Both the position numbers and the translations under genes were made by a program. 40,696 nucleotides of DNA from Anaerolineae bacterium (GTDB taxonomy: Bacteria > Chloroflexota > Anaerolineae > Aggregatilineales > J027): positions 1 through 40,696 of the forward strand of contig JAAUUD010000002.1 of assembly GCA_012031655.1 (NCBI GenBank). Reading direction: 5' to 3'. Positions 1 to 9,516 of this stretch are shown piece by piece. A model generated the notes under the pieces. The model was not told the origin of the DNA. It did not search any database and saw only the letters and a list, made by a program, of their open reading frames with translations. The number at the start of each line of letters is the position of its first letter. Positions within the stretch are counted from its first letter, which is position 1.

Positions 1-1252
1 CCGTCGGCCGACGCCGGATAACTGTGGTGCGGGCTACGGTGGTGCTCAACCCGGGGGTAAACCTGCAATGCCGGGAATACCCCAGCGTGAGTGCGCGCTC
101 GCTGGCCCTCATCCCCAACAATACGCAATTGCGCGTGGAGGGGCTTTTTGCCCCGCGCGATGAAACCGGCGATGCAGGTGGCTTTGCCCAGGCTATTGTC
201 ATCGAGACAGTGCCGGACTTCACGCCGTTGCTCACCCAGGATCAGGAAGGACTGCCCTTTGGCGTGGCTAACCTCCCGCCAGAGTTGCTGGAAGGGCTGG
301 CCGTGGGCGACCTGTGGCTTAGACGTGACCTGGCCCCACGGAAGATGGCACCGCTTTTGGCTGCTGGGTGAACGCGGGCTTCGTCCAGACCAACTACCGC
401 GCAGATCGCATCCAGGAAGTGGTGGATTACCTGAGCCTGGTGGACCAGGAATTCATCGGGTTGACGCCCTATAACGTCCCAGCGGGCCCGCGTGGCCCCG
501 GCACCACGACTAATCTGGTCCAGCCGCCGACGCCCGTGCGCGAGATCATCCAGGCAACGGTAACGCTCAACAGCGGGACCAGCCTGCAATTGCGCCGCAC
601 GCCTTCGGTCAATGGCGAGTCGCTGGCCCTCATCCCAAATGCCACCCAGCTCGAAGTGCTGGGGCAATTCACCGTAGAAGACCCAGCGGACCTGGGTACG
701 CTGACCATCCCACAATGGTTGTTTGTGACCGCCGAAGACCCCAGCACCGGGGCGGGTTTGCAGGGCTGGGTGGCGGCGCAGTTCGTGGTGCTGACCTTTC
801 GGGGTCGCCTGTTTAGCCTGAACGATGTGCCAGTCCTTGATGGGACGCAGGTTGGCGGCCCAGCCGTGGAAGGCGCAGCCAGCCCAGCCGGGGCAGTGGC
901 ACCTGGCGCGGCCTCTCCGGCGGCACCCGTTGCTCAACCGAGTGTTGACCCGAATCAGGTTCAGGGGCGGTTGCTCACTTCCCCCGGCAGCGAGCTGAAC
1001 CTGCGCGATACACCCACCACCGAGGGGGTCGTGCGGATTGGCTTACCGGCGGAGGCAGTGCTGGCCGTTACGGGGCGCAATGGCGCGGGCACCTGGCTCC
1101 AGGTCACTTACCTGAACCCAACCGGCAGCCCGGTTAATGGCTGGGTATCGGCAGAGTTCGTGAGCCTCTCGCGCAATGGCAACCCGGTTGAACTGGGCAG
1201 CCTGCCCATCACAACTGGCGAAGGTGACAGCTACGTGCCGCCTGTTCAATAG
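1..1252 (+). CDS. Tandem SH3b-repeat secreted/cell-wall-binding protein, 5' partial. The frame is broken twice, so ORFs 24..371 and 368..1252 are one gene.
   Basis: A repeated unit of the form ATV.LN.G..L..R..PS....SLALIPN.TQL.V.G ... GWV.A.FV recurs about four times. Frame 0 is open to the window edge. Skipping a321 and one C of the C4 run 334-337 gives ...GDLWLDVTWPTEDGTAFGCWVNAGFVQTNY..., which restores the SH3b C-terminal motif. Confidence 0.7.
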
Positions 1253-1272
1253 CAGGCCGGGCCGCCAACATC

Positions 1273-1303
1273 AAAAGCCCCTTCCAGGCCAGAAGGGGCT
1301 TTT
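1273..1303. terminator. Bidirectional intrinsic terminator between convergent genes
   Basis: AAAAGCCCCTTC (1273-1284) pairs with GAAGGGGCTTTT (1292-1303) around a 7-nt loop. The A4/T4 arms supply a U-tract for either strand. Confidence 0.75.
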
Positions 1304-1328
1304 GGCATCTTGTACAGCCCGGGCTAGC

Positions 1329-2180
1329 CTAGCCGCCGGTCTGCTGGTTGGCGCTGCGGATGATCTGCGCCAGGGTTTCGTAGGGGCGACCGCCACCCAG
1401 CGAGCCATCCTGATCCGGCAGGCCGTTCCAGCGTTCGGCAGTGTTCAGGCGGTAAAGGACCGTGGGGGTGGAATCGACGCCGTATTCACGCGCGATGCGG
1501 CGGGCCTGGATGATGGCTGGGTCCGAGATGTTGGTGCTCATGCATTCGCGCACCGCGCTCCCGTCCAGGCCAAGGTCGGTTGCAATATCCTCCACGCCCT
1601 CCGGCGTAAAGTCCGTGATGCTACCGGCACGGGTGATCCGCAGCAGTTCGTCGTGCATTTCCCAGTAGGCGCCTTGCTCGTCCGCGCAGACTGCCGCCCG
1701 TGCCGCGTTGGTGGAGTAGGGCGCGCGGTTATCTGCCGGGATCAGGTAGATTTCTACACGGGCTTCGCCAGTCCGCACGAAGTCGTTAATGATGCGTTCC
1801 ATCGTAGGGTGATAGGACGCGCAGAAGGGGCAGGTGAAGTCCATAAATTCTGCCAGGACCAGGGGGGCTTCTAAGCTGCCGATGTAGGGAATGCCATCTT
1901 CACTGATGCCGCGTTCGACGCCTTCGGCCACATCCGGCCCCTGTTCGACTGTGCGGGCGCTGGCGTTCTGGCCGCCAATGGGGATGCCTGCGTAGCCTTG
2001 ATTCTCCTCAATTGTGACGGTGTCTCCGGCGCCACCCTGGTTGATGGCAATCACCGCAACCACCGCGATCACCACGGCCACCACCACCGCACCCAGGATC
2101 AAGCCCTGTTGCTGACGCCGATTAGCCGGCGCGGCGGCAGCCGCTGGCGCTGCCGAGCTTGTCTTTACTCTCTTTGCCAT
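1329..2180 (-). CDS. Membrane-anchored DsbA-like thioredoxin-fold thiol:disulfide oxidoreductase
   Basis: Intact 283-aa ORF with an N-terminal hydrophobic anchor (LILGAVVVAVVIAVVAVIAI), a CPFC redox motif (FMDFTCPFCASYHP) and a DsbA-like C-terminal part (GVDSTPTVL). Confidence 0.85.
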   Translation of the reverse strand: MAKRVKTSSAAPAAAAAPANRRQQQGLILGAVVVAVVIAVVAVIAINQGGAGDTVTIEENQGYAGIPIGGQNASARTVEQGPDVAEGVERGISEDGIPYIGSLEAPLVLAEFMDFTCPFCASYHPTMERIINDFVRTGEARVEIYLIPADNRAPYSTNAARAAVCADEQGAYWEMHDELLRITRAGSITDFTPEGVEDIATDLGLDGSAVRECMSTNISDPAIIQARRIAREYGVDSTPTVLYRLNTAERWNGLPDQDGSLGGGRPYETLAQIIRSANQQTGG

Positions 2181-2374
2181 GATACCGTTTCTCCCTGCAA
2201 GGTAAGCTGTTAATGGGTCGAAAGTCCCATAGAATCTAGCAGAAAGCAGGATGCATTATCCAGGTATTTCTTACCTCGCGTTGCGAAAGAACGGGCAAAC
2301 CGTATTGTTGAAGGGCACTCTATCCCCACGCGCATTAATCCTATGTAAGAACCAGCGAGCTTAGATCAAAAGCC

Positions 2375-2383
2375 TGGTACAAT
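2375..2383 (+). promoter_or_regulatory. Putative extended -10 element (TGgTACAAT) for the Clp_N-M50 gene
   Basis: TGGTACAAT lies in the AT-richer divergent intergenic region, about 55 nt upstream of the TTG start at 2436, which is preceded by the RBS AAGAGAGGA. No good -35 element. Confidence 0.3.
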
Positions 2384-2435
2384 GGCGCCGATTTGATGGC
2401 ATTTGTTTTGAACGTGACTAAGAGAGGAATTTGGC

Positions 2436-3707
2436 TTGGCAGCCTTGCTATTTGCTGAAGATGCGCAACGCGCTTATGAGCAGGCCATTCAAGCTGCCCG
2501 CCAGCGCCACAGCCCCTATCTGGATGTCGAGCACCTGTTGCTGGGCTTGCTGGAGGTGCAAACGCACGAGCCCTTGCAGACTTTGCTGGCCTCGGTGGAC
2601 CGCCCTGCGATGATGCGGGTATTGACAGCGGATTTGGGTATGGTGCGGGATACCCCTCTCCCGGGCATCCAAGGGGTAACCAGCGCCGTCCAGAAGGTGT
2701 TTGGTGCTGCTGCCCACCAGGCCGAAGCAATGGGCCATAAAGTGGTCAATGGGGGGCACCTTTTGCTGGCCCTGGGCGAGACCCCCTCCGAAGCAGTGCA
2801 GGGAGCGCTGCGGGTCGCGGCGCTCGACCAGCAACATGTTGCACAGGTGACGCAGGAACGCAGCCCTCGCCAACGGGTGCCCGGGCGGGAGATCAAGCTC
2901 GAAACGGCCCAGGCCCGCCGCGAAGCACGCGCCAAACAAGCAGCCCGCCGCCAGGATCGCCAACAAGCCCAAAATGTCCCCTATACTCTGGTCATTAGCC
3001 TGGCGCTGGCGGTGCTGTCGGTTTATCTGGCTGTGGTGCAGCCAGAAATCTTCATTTCGTTCTGGATTGTGCTGGGGGGATGGATCCTTTCGGTGGCGGT
3101 GCACGAGTTTGCCCATGCCATCGTGGCCTATTGGGGCGGGGACCACACCGTGCGCGATAAAGGCTACCTCACGCTCAACCCGTTCAAATATACGCACCCC
3201 CTGTTGAGCATTGGCCTGCCCTTGCTCTTTCTGGCGCTGGGCGGGATCGGCCTGCCAGGGGGGGCTGTGTACATCGAGAAAAACCGCCTGCGTAATATCT
3301 GGTGGCGGAGCGCGGTTTCGGCGGCGGGTCCGCTGGGGACGGCCATTATGGCGGTGATTTTCTCTGCCCCTTTCTGGATGGGCTACATCAACCCCTTTGA
3401 ACCGCCCTCGCGCATCTGGGCTGCTCTGGCTTTTCTGACCTTTTTGCAGGTGGTGGCGATCTTCCTGAACCTGCTGCCGATCCCACCGCTGGATGGGTAT
3501 GGTATTATCGAGCCGTTTTTGCCGCCGAACATGGCCTATCAGTTCCGGTCCATTGGGTTGTTGGGCCTGTTTCTGGTGTTTTTTCTGTTTCGGGTGCCTG
3601 CTTTTGCAGAACCCTTCTTTAGCAACGTCCTGGCCGTGACTGATGCCCTGGAAGTCATCCGGGGGTACATTGGCGATGGCCTCAATTGGTTCAGATTCTG
3701 GAGTTAA
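2436..3707 (+). CDS. Clp_N (double Clp R repeat) domain fused to a site-2 protease family (peptidase M50) membrane metalloprotease
   Basis: Two Clp_N-type repeats are present (AQRAYEQAIQAARQRHSPYLDVEHLLLGLLE and VQKVFGAAAHQAEAMGHKVVNGGHLLLALGE). They are followed by a basic linker and multiple TM helices carrying HEFAHAIVA (HExxH) and the NLLPIPPLDGY motif. TTG start. Confidence 0.8.
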   Translation: MAALLFAEDAQRAYEQAIQAARQRHSPYLDVEHLLLGLLEVQTHEPLQTLLASVDRPAMMRVLTADLGMVRDTPLPGIQGVTSAVQKVFGAAAHQAEAMGHKVVNGGHLLLALGETPSEAVQGALRVAALDQQHVAQVTQERSPRQRVPGREIKLETAQARREARAKQAARRQDRQQAQNVPYTLVISLALAVLSVYLAVVQPEIFISFWIVLGGWILSVAVHEFAHAIVAYWGGDHTVRDKGYLTLNPFKYTHPLLSIGLPLLFLALGGIGLPGGAVYIEKNRLRNIWWRSAVSAAGPLGTAIMAVIFSAPFWMGYINPFEPPSRIWAALAFLTFLQVVAIFLNLLPIPPLDGYGIIEPFLPPNMAYQFRSIGLLGLFLVFFLFRVPAFAEPFFSNVLAVTDALEVIRGYIGDGLNWFRFWS

Positions 3708-3715
3708 ACCACAAC

Positions 3716-4033
3716 ATGGCTTTTGAAACCGTAGCCAGCACAGAAGAACTGGGGCCGGGGAACCGGATTATTGTGGAAGTTGGCGACCTGTGGGTGATTG
3801 TGTTTAACGTCGATGGCCGCTATTACGCCTTTGAAGACCGCTGCACGCATGATGATGGCAGCTTCGATAGCGGCTCGATTGATCAGCAGGCAATTGAATG
3901 CCCCCGGCATGGCGCCCGATTTTCGCTGGAAGATGGCAAGCCCACCATGCCCGCCACCAAGCCAGTGCCGCGTTTTGCCGTGCGCGTGGAAGGCCAAACG
4001 GTTCAGGTGGACATCACGCAACGCCTGAACTAA
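3716..4033 (+). CDS. Rieske [2Fe-2S] ferredoxin-type protein
   Basis: Shows the Rieske pattern CTHDDGSF...(17 aa)...CPRHGARF. The ATG at 3716 is preferred over the ORF-track start 3686, which overlaps the upstream gene. Confidence 0.85.
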   Translation: MAFETVASTEELGPGNRIIVEVGDLWVIVFNVDGRYYAFEDRCTHDDGSFDSGSIDQQAIECPRHGARFSLEDGKPTMPATKPVPRFAVRVEGQTVQVDITQRLN

Positions 4034-4419
4034 ACAACTAAAAAAGGCGGCGGCGGCGGCTCATCCTTGTGTAGGTAGGGCGCTGCAAACTTGAGCAGGT
4101 CGTCCAGCTCGATGGGTTTGGTCATCCACTTCTGGATGCCCAACAATTCGGCTTTGCCGCGCAAGGTGTCGTCTGCGGAAATGACGAAAACATGCAGCGC
4201 GTCGCCTTTGGGCATTTTGCGGATATGCTGCAAAACGACCATCCCAGACACTTCTGGCAGGTGCATATCCAGCAGAACAAGGTCAAAGGGGTCTTCTTTT
4301 TCCAACAGGGCGATTGCTTGCCAGGCCGTAGCAGCAATGTGCACCTGATGCCGATGGAAGAGCCGTTGATACAGAATGCCAAGTTCGGGTGTATCTTCGA
4401 CGACCAGCAGTTTGCTCAT
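4030..4419 (-). CDS. Stand-alone response-regulator receiver (CheY-like) protein
   Basis: MSKLLVVEDTPE..., DLVLLDMHLPEVSG, VFVISADD and TKPIEL are receiver motifs. The C-terminal PPPPP tail is encoded by (GGC)5 at 4046-4060. Its stop codon overlaps the stop of the convergent Rieske gene. Confidence 0.85.
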   Translation of the reverse strand: MSKLLVVEDTPELGILYQRLFHRHQVHIAATAWQAIALLEKEDPFDLVLLDMHLPEVSGMVVLQHIRKMPKGDALHVFVISADDTLRGKAELLGIQKWMTKPIELDDLLKFAAPYLHKDEPPPPPFLVV

Positions 4420-4497
4420 GTTCACCTCTCCATGCCAAAAGTACCCGCTTTCTTCGTCCCGTGTCAAGCTCTTTGTATAATGGTCGGTGGCGAAAAA

Positions 4498-4527
4498 TGC
4501 AAACCGGGAAAGTGCAAACCAGGAAGG
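4498..4527 (+). repeat. Tandem 15-nt direct repeat in the leader of the lipoprotein gene
   Basis: TGCAAACCGGGAAAG (4498-4512) is followed directly by TGCAAACCAGGAAGG (4513-4527), matching at 13 of 15 positions. The second copy contains the RBS for the ATG at 4536. A TATAAT lies at 4476-4481. Confidence 0.6.
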
Positions 4528-4535
4528 TGCTCTTG

Positions 4536-5262
4536 ATGAAGTGGATCAGCCTTTGGATGCTTAGCTTGGTGTTGGTGCTGGCCGCGTGCGAAGAAGACAC
4601 GGTCGAGGTGCCGGCGCCCCAACCCCGCGCGACCACGGCGCCAGCCCAGGACGCCGCCGTACAACAACCGCCCCCTGTGGTAACGCGTGTCATCACCCGA
4701 ACGCCTGTGCCCAGTGCGCCTGGCGCGGTGGGGGCTGCGACGATTGACCCTGCCCTGGCTGCTTATGCAGGCGCCTGGACCCTGATCTTGCGTCATGATG
4801 TATTCGATAGCGTCATGGGCGACCAGTTGACCTATAGTGCTTCAGCAACGGTTAATGTTGGGCTGGATGGCAGCGTCAGCGGGGCGGGCATATATTCTCA
4901 AAACCTGGTGGCTGGGAATTGCCCCACCGAGGTGCTCAACGAAGAAGCGCCGAGCTTTGCTGTGCTGGGCCAACTACGCGACCTACAGGGCCAGCCCACC
5001 ATTGACCTGACCCTGCAACCTATCAACCTGACCCTGAACGAGCGCTACCGCGTGCGCTGCTTTGAACCCGACACCGGGTTTCCGATTGATACGGATACTG
5101 AAACGCAGTTCCTGTGGAATGCGCTTATTGTAGCAAATCTGCTGAGCTACTCTTTTTCGCTGGATGGGGGGGGTAGCGGTTGACCAGGAGCATAACCTGC
5201 TGAACCTGACCGGCGGCACCCTGACGGGCACTATGGAAACTGAGGTGTCGTTCGGACGCTAG
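4536..5262 (+). CDS. Hypothetical lipoprotein (frame broken at a G8 run)
   Basis: MKWISLWMLSLVLVLAAC is a signal peptide with a lipobox. The ORF stops at 5183, just after the G8 run 5166-5173. A 1-nt correction there extends it as ...FSLDGGG-AVDQEHNLLNLTGGTLTGTMETEVSFGR to the TAG at 5260-5262. Confidence 0.6.
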
Positions 5263-5315
5263 CTAGGGTGGGGGCAGCGGAAAGCCGCCCCCGTGGGTTG
5301 CCTGAGGGGCCGGGA

Positions 5316-7675
5316 TTAGTTCCCGGCCTCGGTTGCTTCTGGCGTTGGCTCGGCGGTGGCTTCGGCCATAGGTTGTTCTGTGGCTTCTACCGTAGGGGCT
5401 TCGGTGGCGGAAGCGTCAGCGCTGGCCTCCACAGTCGCCTCGGCGGTCGGTTCGGGAGTGGCTTCCGCAGCGAGGGCGGCGCGTTCCTGCGCTTCTGCAA
5501 GCAGCCCATAGAGGGCTTCGCGCTGCTCCGTGAGAGCCTCGCGCGGGTAGACCGGCAGGTTCACAAAGCCGATGCGGTTCAGCGTTTCGTCGCTCAGCAG
5601 GCTCCACATCAACGCACCGCCGGGGCCTGTTCCATGGCTTGCTGCGAAAGCAGCAGATGGTAGTTAATGTGCAGCGGGTAGCTGCCATCTTCTATGGTTT
5701 CCAGGCTGGGCACAACGCAGCCTGCCCCGCCATCCACCTCCAGCAGGCGAACCCGGGTCAGCGTTTGCGGGATGGGTTCAGCTTCTGGTGTGGCTTCGGC
5801 AGTGGCTTCAGCGGTCGGTTGGGCGGTGGCTTCTAGGGTGGCTTCGGGTGTTGCCGTGGTTTCGGGTTCGGCAGTGGCGGTGTCAATTTGGGCTTGCAGG
5901 CGCTCTTCTTCGCGCAAGCGGCGCTGATATTCGTTCCAATAGAGCACGGTGATCCCGCCGCCTTCCAGGTTCGCGACGGCAGCAGCGCGATAGAGGGCTG
6001 GGTCCGAAACGCCAAAGGGGTTATAGAACACGTTGGCTTCTTCGTCCGTGCGCTGGAAGCGGTCTGTAGCGCCAGCCAGGGCAAAGAGGGCGTCAATCTC
6101 AAAGCTGCTGCGCCCAGGCAAAAAGGCGAAGAGCGGCAGGTCGGGGTAGCTGGGGTCGAGCGCTTGCCAGTTGGTGGGGCCTTCCGGCACGGTGCGTTCG
6201 GCGTCTGCCGGGCTGGCGGCGGGGTCCTCTGGCAGCGGAGCGGCGAAGGCTTGCACCAGGTTATCCAGCGTTACGCAACTGGGCAACTCGGGGTAGTCCT
6301 CGCTAACCACAAAGACCAACGCTTCGCTACCCAGGGGTGTGCCATAGGTTTCGATGCCTGCTTCGTCGCAAGCGGCCAGGTCTTCCGGCGAGGGGGTGCT
6401 ATCCGTGACGAGCACAGCAGCTTCGCCCGCGCAGAGTGCTGCATATCCGGCAGCGTCGCCCAGCAGCAAGGCGTCCACCACCACATTAGGAAATTCGCTC
6501 TCAAAGGCAGCCGTGAGGCTATCCAGCACGCGCACGCTCAGCGCGCCACCCTGGACAGTCACACTTCCGGCGGCCTCGCTGGTCAGCCCAACTGGGCTAT
6601 CGGCGCGGGAGAAGGTGCGCCCGGTCTCGTTGAGTGTGAGGTTATTCAGGTTCCGCGCATAGGTGACCTCGCTGGCGGGCGTCAGGCCGAGTTCCTGAGC
6701 GCTTAGGCGGGCACCATCTTCTGCGTTAATGGCCTCCAGAAAGCCGCTTACGCGGGCATCTTCAGTGGCCGCCTGGTTGATGTATAGCCCCACTGGGCGG
6801 AAAGCCGGGTAGTTGGCGGTTTCGAAGCTGCTGGGCACGGCCACTTCGCAGATTTCATCTTCGCCAACGCGCAACTGGAGCTGGCGCACCCCTTGGCGAT
6901 CAGTGATGGACTGGAAGTCTGCATAGGTCATAAAGCCCAGGCCGGGGGGGGCGCTGGCCACAACCGCCGCAATCATCTCCTCTGGCGCAGTGGGGGTTAA
7001 GTCGGTGCGCAGTTCGCCACCAGGCAGCAGAAAGGCCAGCAATTGCGCGGCGGTGCTCTCGGCTGGGGGCGCAAACAGGCTAATCTCTGCCGCTTCATCA
7101 TCCGGGCTTAGCGTCTGGATGTCCGGGGTAGTGCCTTCGGCGCCAATGCCATAATAACCAGCCAGGGTATCGAGCGTGGTGCAGCTGTTGCTGGTGGTCA
7201 GGTTGGGGCTAAAGAAGAACACCAACCCTTCGTAGGCCAGCTTGTTCTCGATGAACTCGACGCCATTGGCGCGGCAGGTCTCTAGCTCGGCCTCGGTGAT
7301 GTAGCGGGGCGTCATCACAAAGTCGATTTCCCCCGTGCAGAAGCGATCAAAGGCGCGGGAGGGGCCGCTGGTTTCCAGCGCAAAGGTGCCTGGTTCGCTA
7401 AAACGCTCCACCAGGTCGCCCAGCAGCGGCGCATCGAAGGTGGCGCCATCGATAATGTAGGCGGCATCCTGGTTTGCAGCCGGGGTGGCTGCGGGAGTCG
7501 CCTCGGCGGTGGCTTCTGGGGCAGGGGCTTCGGTTGCCAGCGCCGTTGCTTCAGCGGTGGGGGCTTCGGTTGGCTCAGCCGTCGGGTCCTGGGCAGAAAG
7601 CGTGCCAGAAAGGGTCAGCAAGAAAATTAAACCGAACAAAAGAAGCGGCGTCAGGCGCCGTAGGGTCCAGCTCAT
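5316..7675 (-). CDS. Secreted protein with two PstS-like (phosphate-binding PBP) domains and Thr/Ala/Glu/Pro-rich linkers; frame broken near 5612
   Basis: The ATG at 7675 follows an AGGAGA RBS and starts the signal peptide MSWTLRRLTPLLLFGLIFLLTLSGTLSAQ. PBP-like segments include SGPSRAFDRFCTGEIDFVMTPRYITEAELE...AYEGLVFFFSPN. ORFs 5609..7777 and 5316..5612 join as ...APAVR-LMWSLLSDETLNRIGFVNLP. (P)TAEAT-type low-complexity linkers sit at the N-terminus, middle and C-terminus. Confidence 0.7.
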
Positions 7676-7748
7676 CGTCGTTTGTCTCCTGAGAATACAG
7701 CACAACACGGAAAACCAGGGGGCTTCCGCGCGCGACAAAACGTCGATG

Positions 7749-7777
7749 ATTGTACTGCCTGCCCGCAGATTATCCAA
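7749..7777 (-). promoter_or_regulatory. Putative sigma-70-type promoter of the PstS-like gene
   Basis: On the minus strand the sequence reads TTGGAT, 17 nt, TACAAT, about 70 nt upstream of the ATG at 7675. Confidence 0.45.
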
Positions 7778-7795
7778 GCGCTTTTTCGGGAAGGC

Positions 7796-9479
7796 TCATA
7801 CCCCGGAACGCAGCACAGAGTAGAGCAGCCACAACCCCAGTCCGGTCGAGACGATAAACGCGGCCAGCATGATGGCCAGCACCCAGGTAGAACCGCCTGC
7901 CGCCACAATCGGAATCAGGAAGGATAAGCCAATAATGATCGCTGCGATGGTGATGCTCACTGATACCCGGCTGGCAATTTTATCTAACCGATTGAGCGCG
8001 TCGTCCAGGTTGGAATGATGTAGCTTGATTTCCAACTCGCTCTGGCGCAGTTGGCGCAGGATGTCTGTGCTTGCTTCTGGGGCGCGCAGCAGGAACTCGG
8101 CCCAGTCGCCAATCCCCTTATTGATGGGCTGGCTCCAGTACTCCGGCTTGAGGATATGCCAGCGCAGGCGGTTAATGTAGGGTTCGGAGACGGAAAAGAT
8201 ATCAAAACTAGGGTCCAGGCCCTGGCCCACCCCTTCGAGGATCACCAGCGTTTTGCTGAGCAACCATAAGTCGGTGGGCAGTTGCAAGTTATGGCGGAAG
8301 GCAATGGGCACCAGTTCGTTGATGATGCGGGTGGCGCGGATCTCGCGCAGGGGCATTCCATAGTAGCGGCGCAGCAGGCGCACCACATCTCGCCGCAGGG
8401 CATCGCGTTCGAACTCCCCGTGGGTGATGCCCATATTGATGAGCGTGTCCATCACGGCTTCATCCTGAAGCTTGATAACCCCCGCATAAAGCCGGAGCAG
8501 GTTCAGCCGGTCGCGCGGGCTCAGCCAGCCCACCATGCCGAAGTCGATCAGACCGATCACACCACCTTCCATGATCAGCAGGTTGCCGGGGTGCGGGTCC
8601 GCATGGAAGAAGCCATCCTCAAAAATTTCTTTGATGAGGAAGCGAGCGGCGTTAAGCGCGATCTGGTGGGGATCGTGACCTGCGGCCACCAGGGCCTCGC
8701 GCTGGTCAATTTTGATGCCCACGATGCGCTCCTGAACCATCATACGGTGTGTGCTGTATTCCCAATACACGCGAGGGATGTGCAGGTAAGGCTCGTTTGC
8801 AAAACTCTCGCGGAAGCGGTCTGCGTGGCCGCCTTCGTGGCGGTAGTCCAACTCCATCGAAAGGGGTGTAAGCGAAGTCTTCTGCGATGCCGGGCAGGTC
8901 GTAGAGCTTGCTGAGGTTGGTGTTGCTTTGCAACAGGCTGGCCAGGTCATGGATGATGGCTAGGTCCACATCAATGATGCGTTGAATGCCGGGGCGTTGG
9001 ACTTTGATCACCACCGGCGTGCCGTCCTTCAGTTGGGCGGCGTGCACCTGCGCCAGCGAAGCCGCCGCAATTGGCAAGGAATCCACGTTCTGGAATATTT
9101 CGTCCAGCGGGTGCCCCAGTTCGCGCTCAATAACCTGGTGAATCGTTGCCCAGGGTTCTGGCGGGACCTTGTCTTGCAGTTTGCTGAGTTCTTCCAGATA
9201 ACGGGTAGGCAGGACATCCGGGCGTGTGCTGAGCACCTGGCCCAGCTTGATAAAGGTGGGGCCCAGTTCTTCCAGCGCCATACGCACCCGTTCGGGGGTG
9301 GTCAGGCGTTGGGCCGAAAGGCCACGCCGCAGGCGCCGCCGCCGGAGCAAGGGAAGGTCCACCGGCAGGCCCAGGCGTTGCACCACATCTCCAAAACCGT
9401 ATTTAATGAGGACCTGGGCAATCTCGCGATAGCGCAGCAGGTTACGGGTGAGCTGGATCGGAAAAGGTTGGCGATTCAT
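7796..9479 (-). CDS. ABC1/UbiB (AarF) family atypical protein kinase with C-terminal TM segments; frame broken near 8872
   Basis: LGPTFIKLGQVLSTRPDVLP, AAASLAQVHAA and VVIKVQRPG lie in ORF 8706..9479. ELDYRHEGGHADRFRESF, MVQERIVGIKID, FFHADPHPGNL and IDFGMVG lie in ORF 7796..8950. The two fragments join at ...IAEDFA / TPLSMELDY. Confidence 0.85.
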
Positions 9480-9516
9480 AGCTTCATGATACCGCCAAAC
9501 TGGAGCCCCGATAGCC

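Noticed and set aside
24-1252. Two separate genes joined by a GTGA stop/start overlap at 368-371.
   Set aside because: The SH3b domain sequence continues across frames 0, 1 and 2 within 16 nt (321-337). The M at 368 is an internal Val of ...FGCWVNAGFVQT.... It is therefore one gene with two indels.
4046-4060. A (GGC)5 microsatellite just after the Rieske gene.
   Set aside because: It encodes the PPPPP C-terminal tail of the minus-strand receiver protein. This is not an intergenic repeat, and nothing in this single sequence shows variability.
5270-5328. Two GC-rich hairpins (5270-5292 and 5308-5328) between the convergent lipoprotein and PstS-like genes, considered as terminators.
   Set aside because: Neither is followed by a U-tract on either strand, and the second overlaps the PstS-like stop codon. 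They may still stabilise 3' ends, but I do not call them intrinsic terminators.
5319-5890. GC-rich quasi-repeats (GGCTTCGG / GGTGGCTTC), also seen at 7465-7590, that could be mistaken for a tandem-repeat locus or CRISPR-like array.
   Set aside because: There are no constant-length repeats separated by unique spacers. The periodicity is the coding of (P)TAEAT-type low-complexity linkers within the PstS-like gene on the minus strand.
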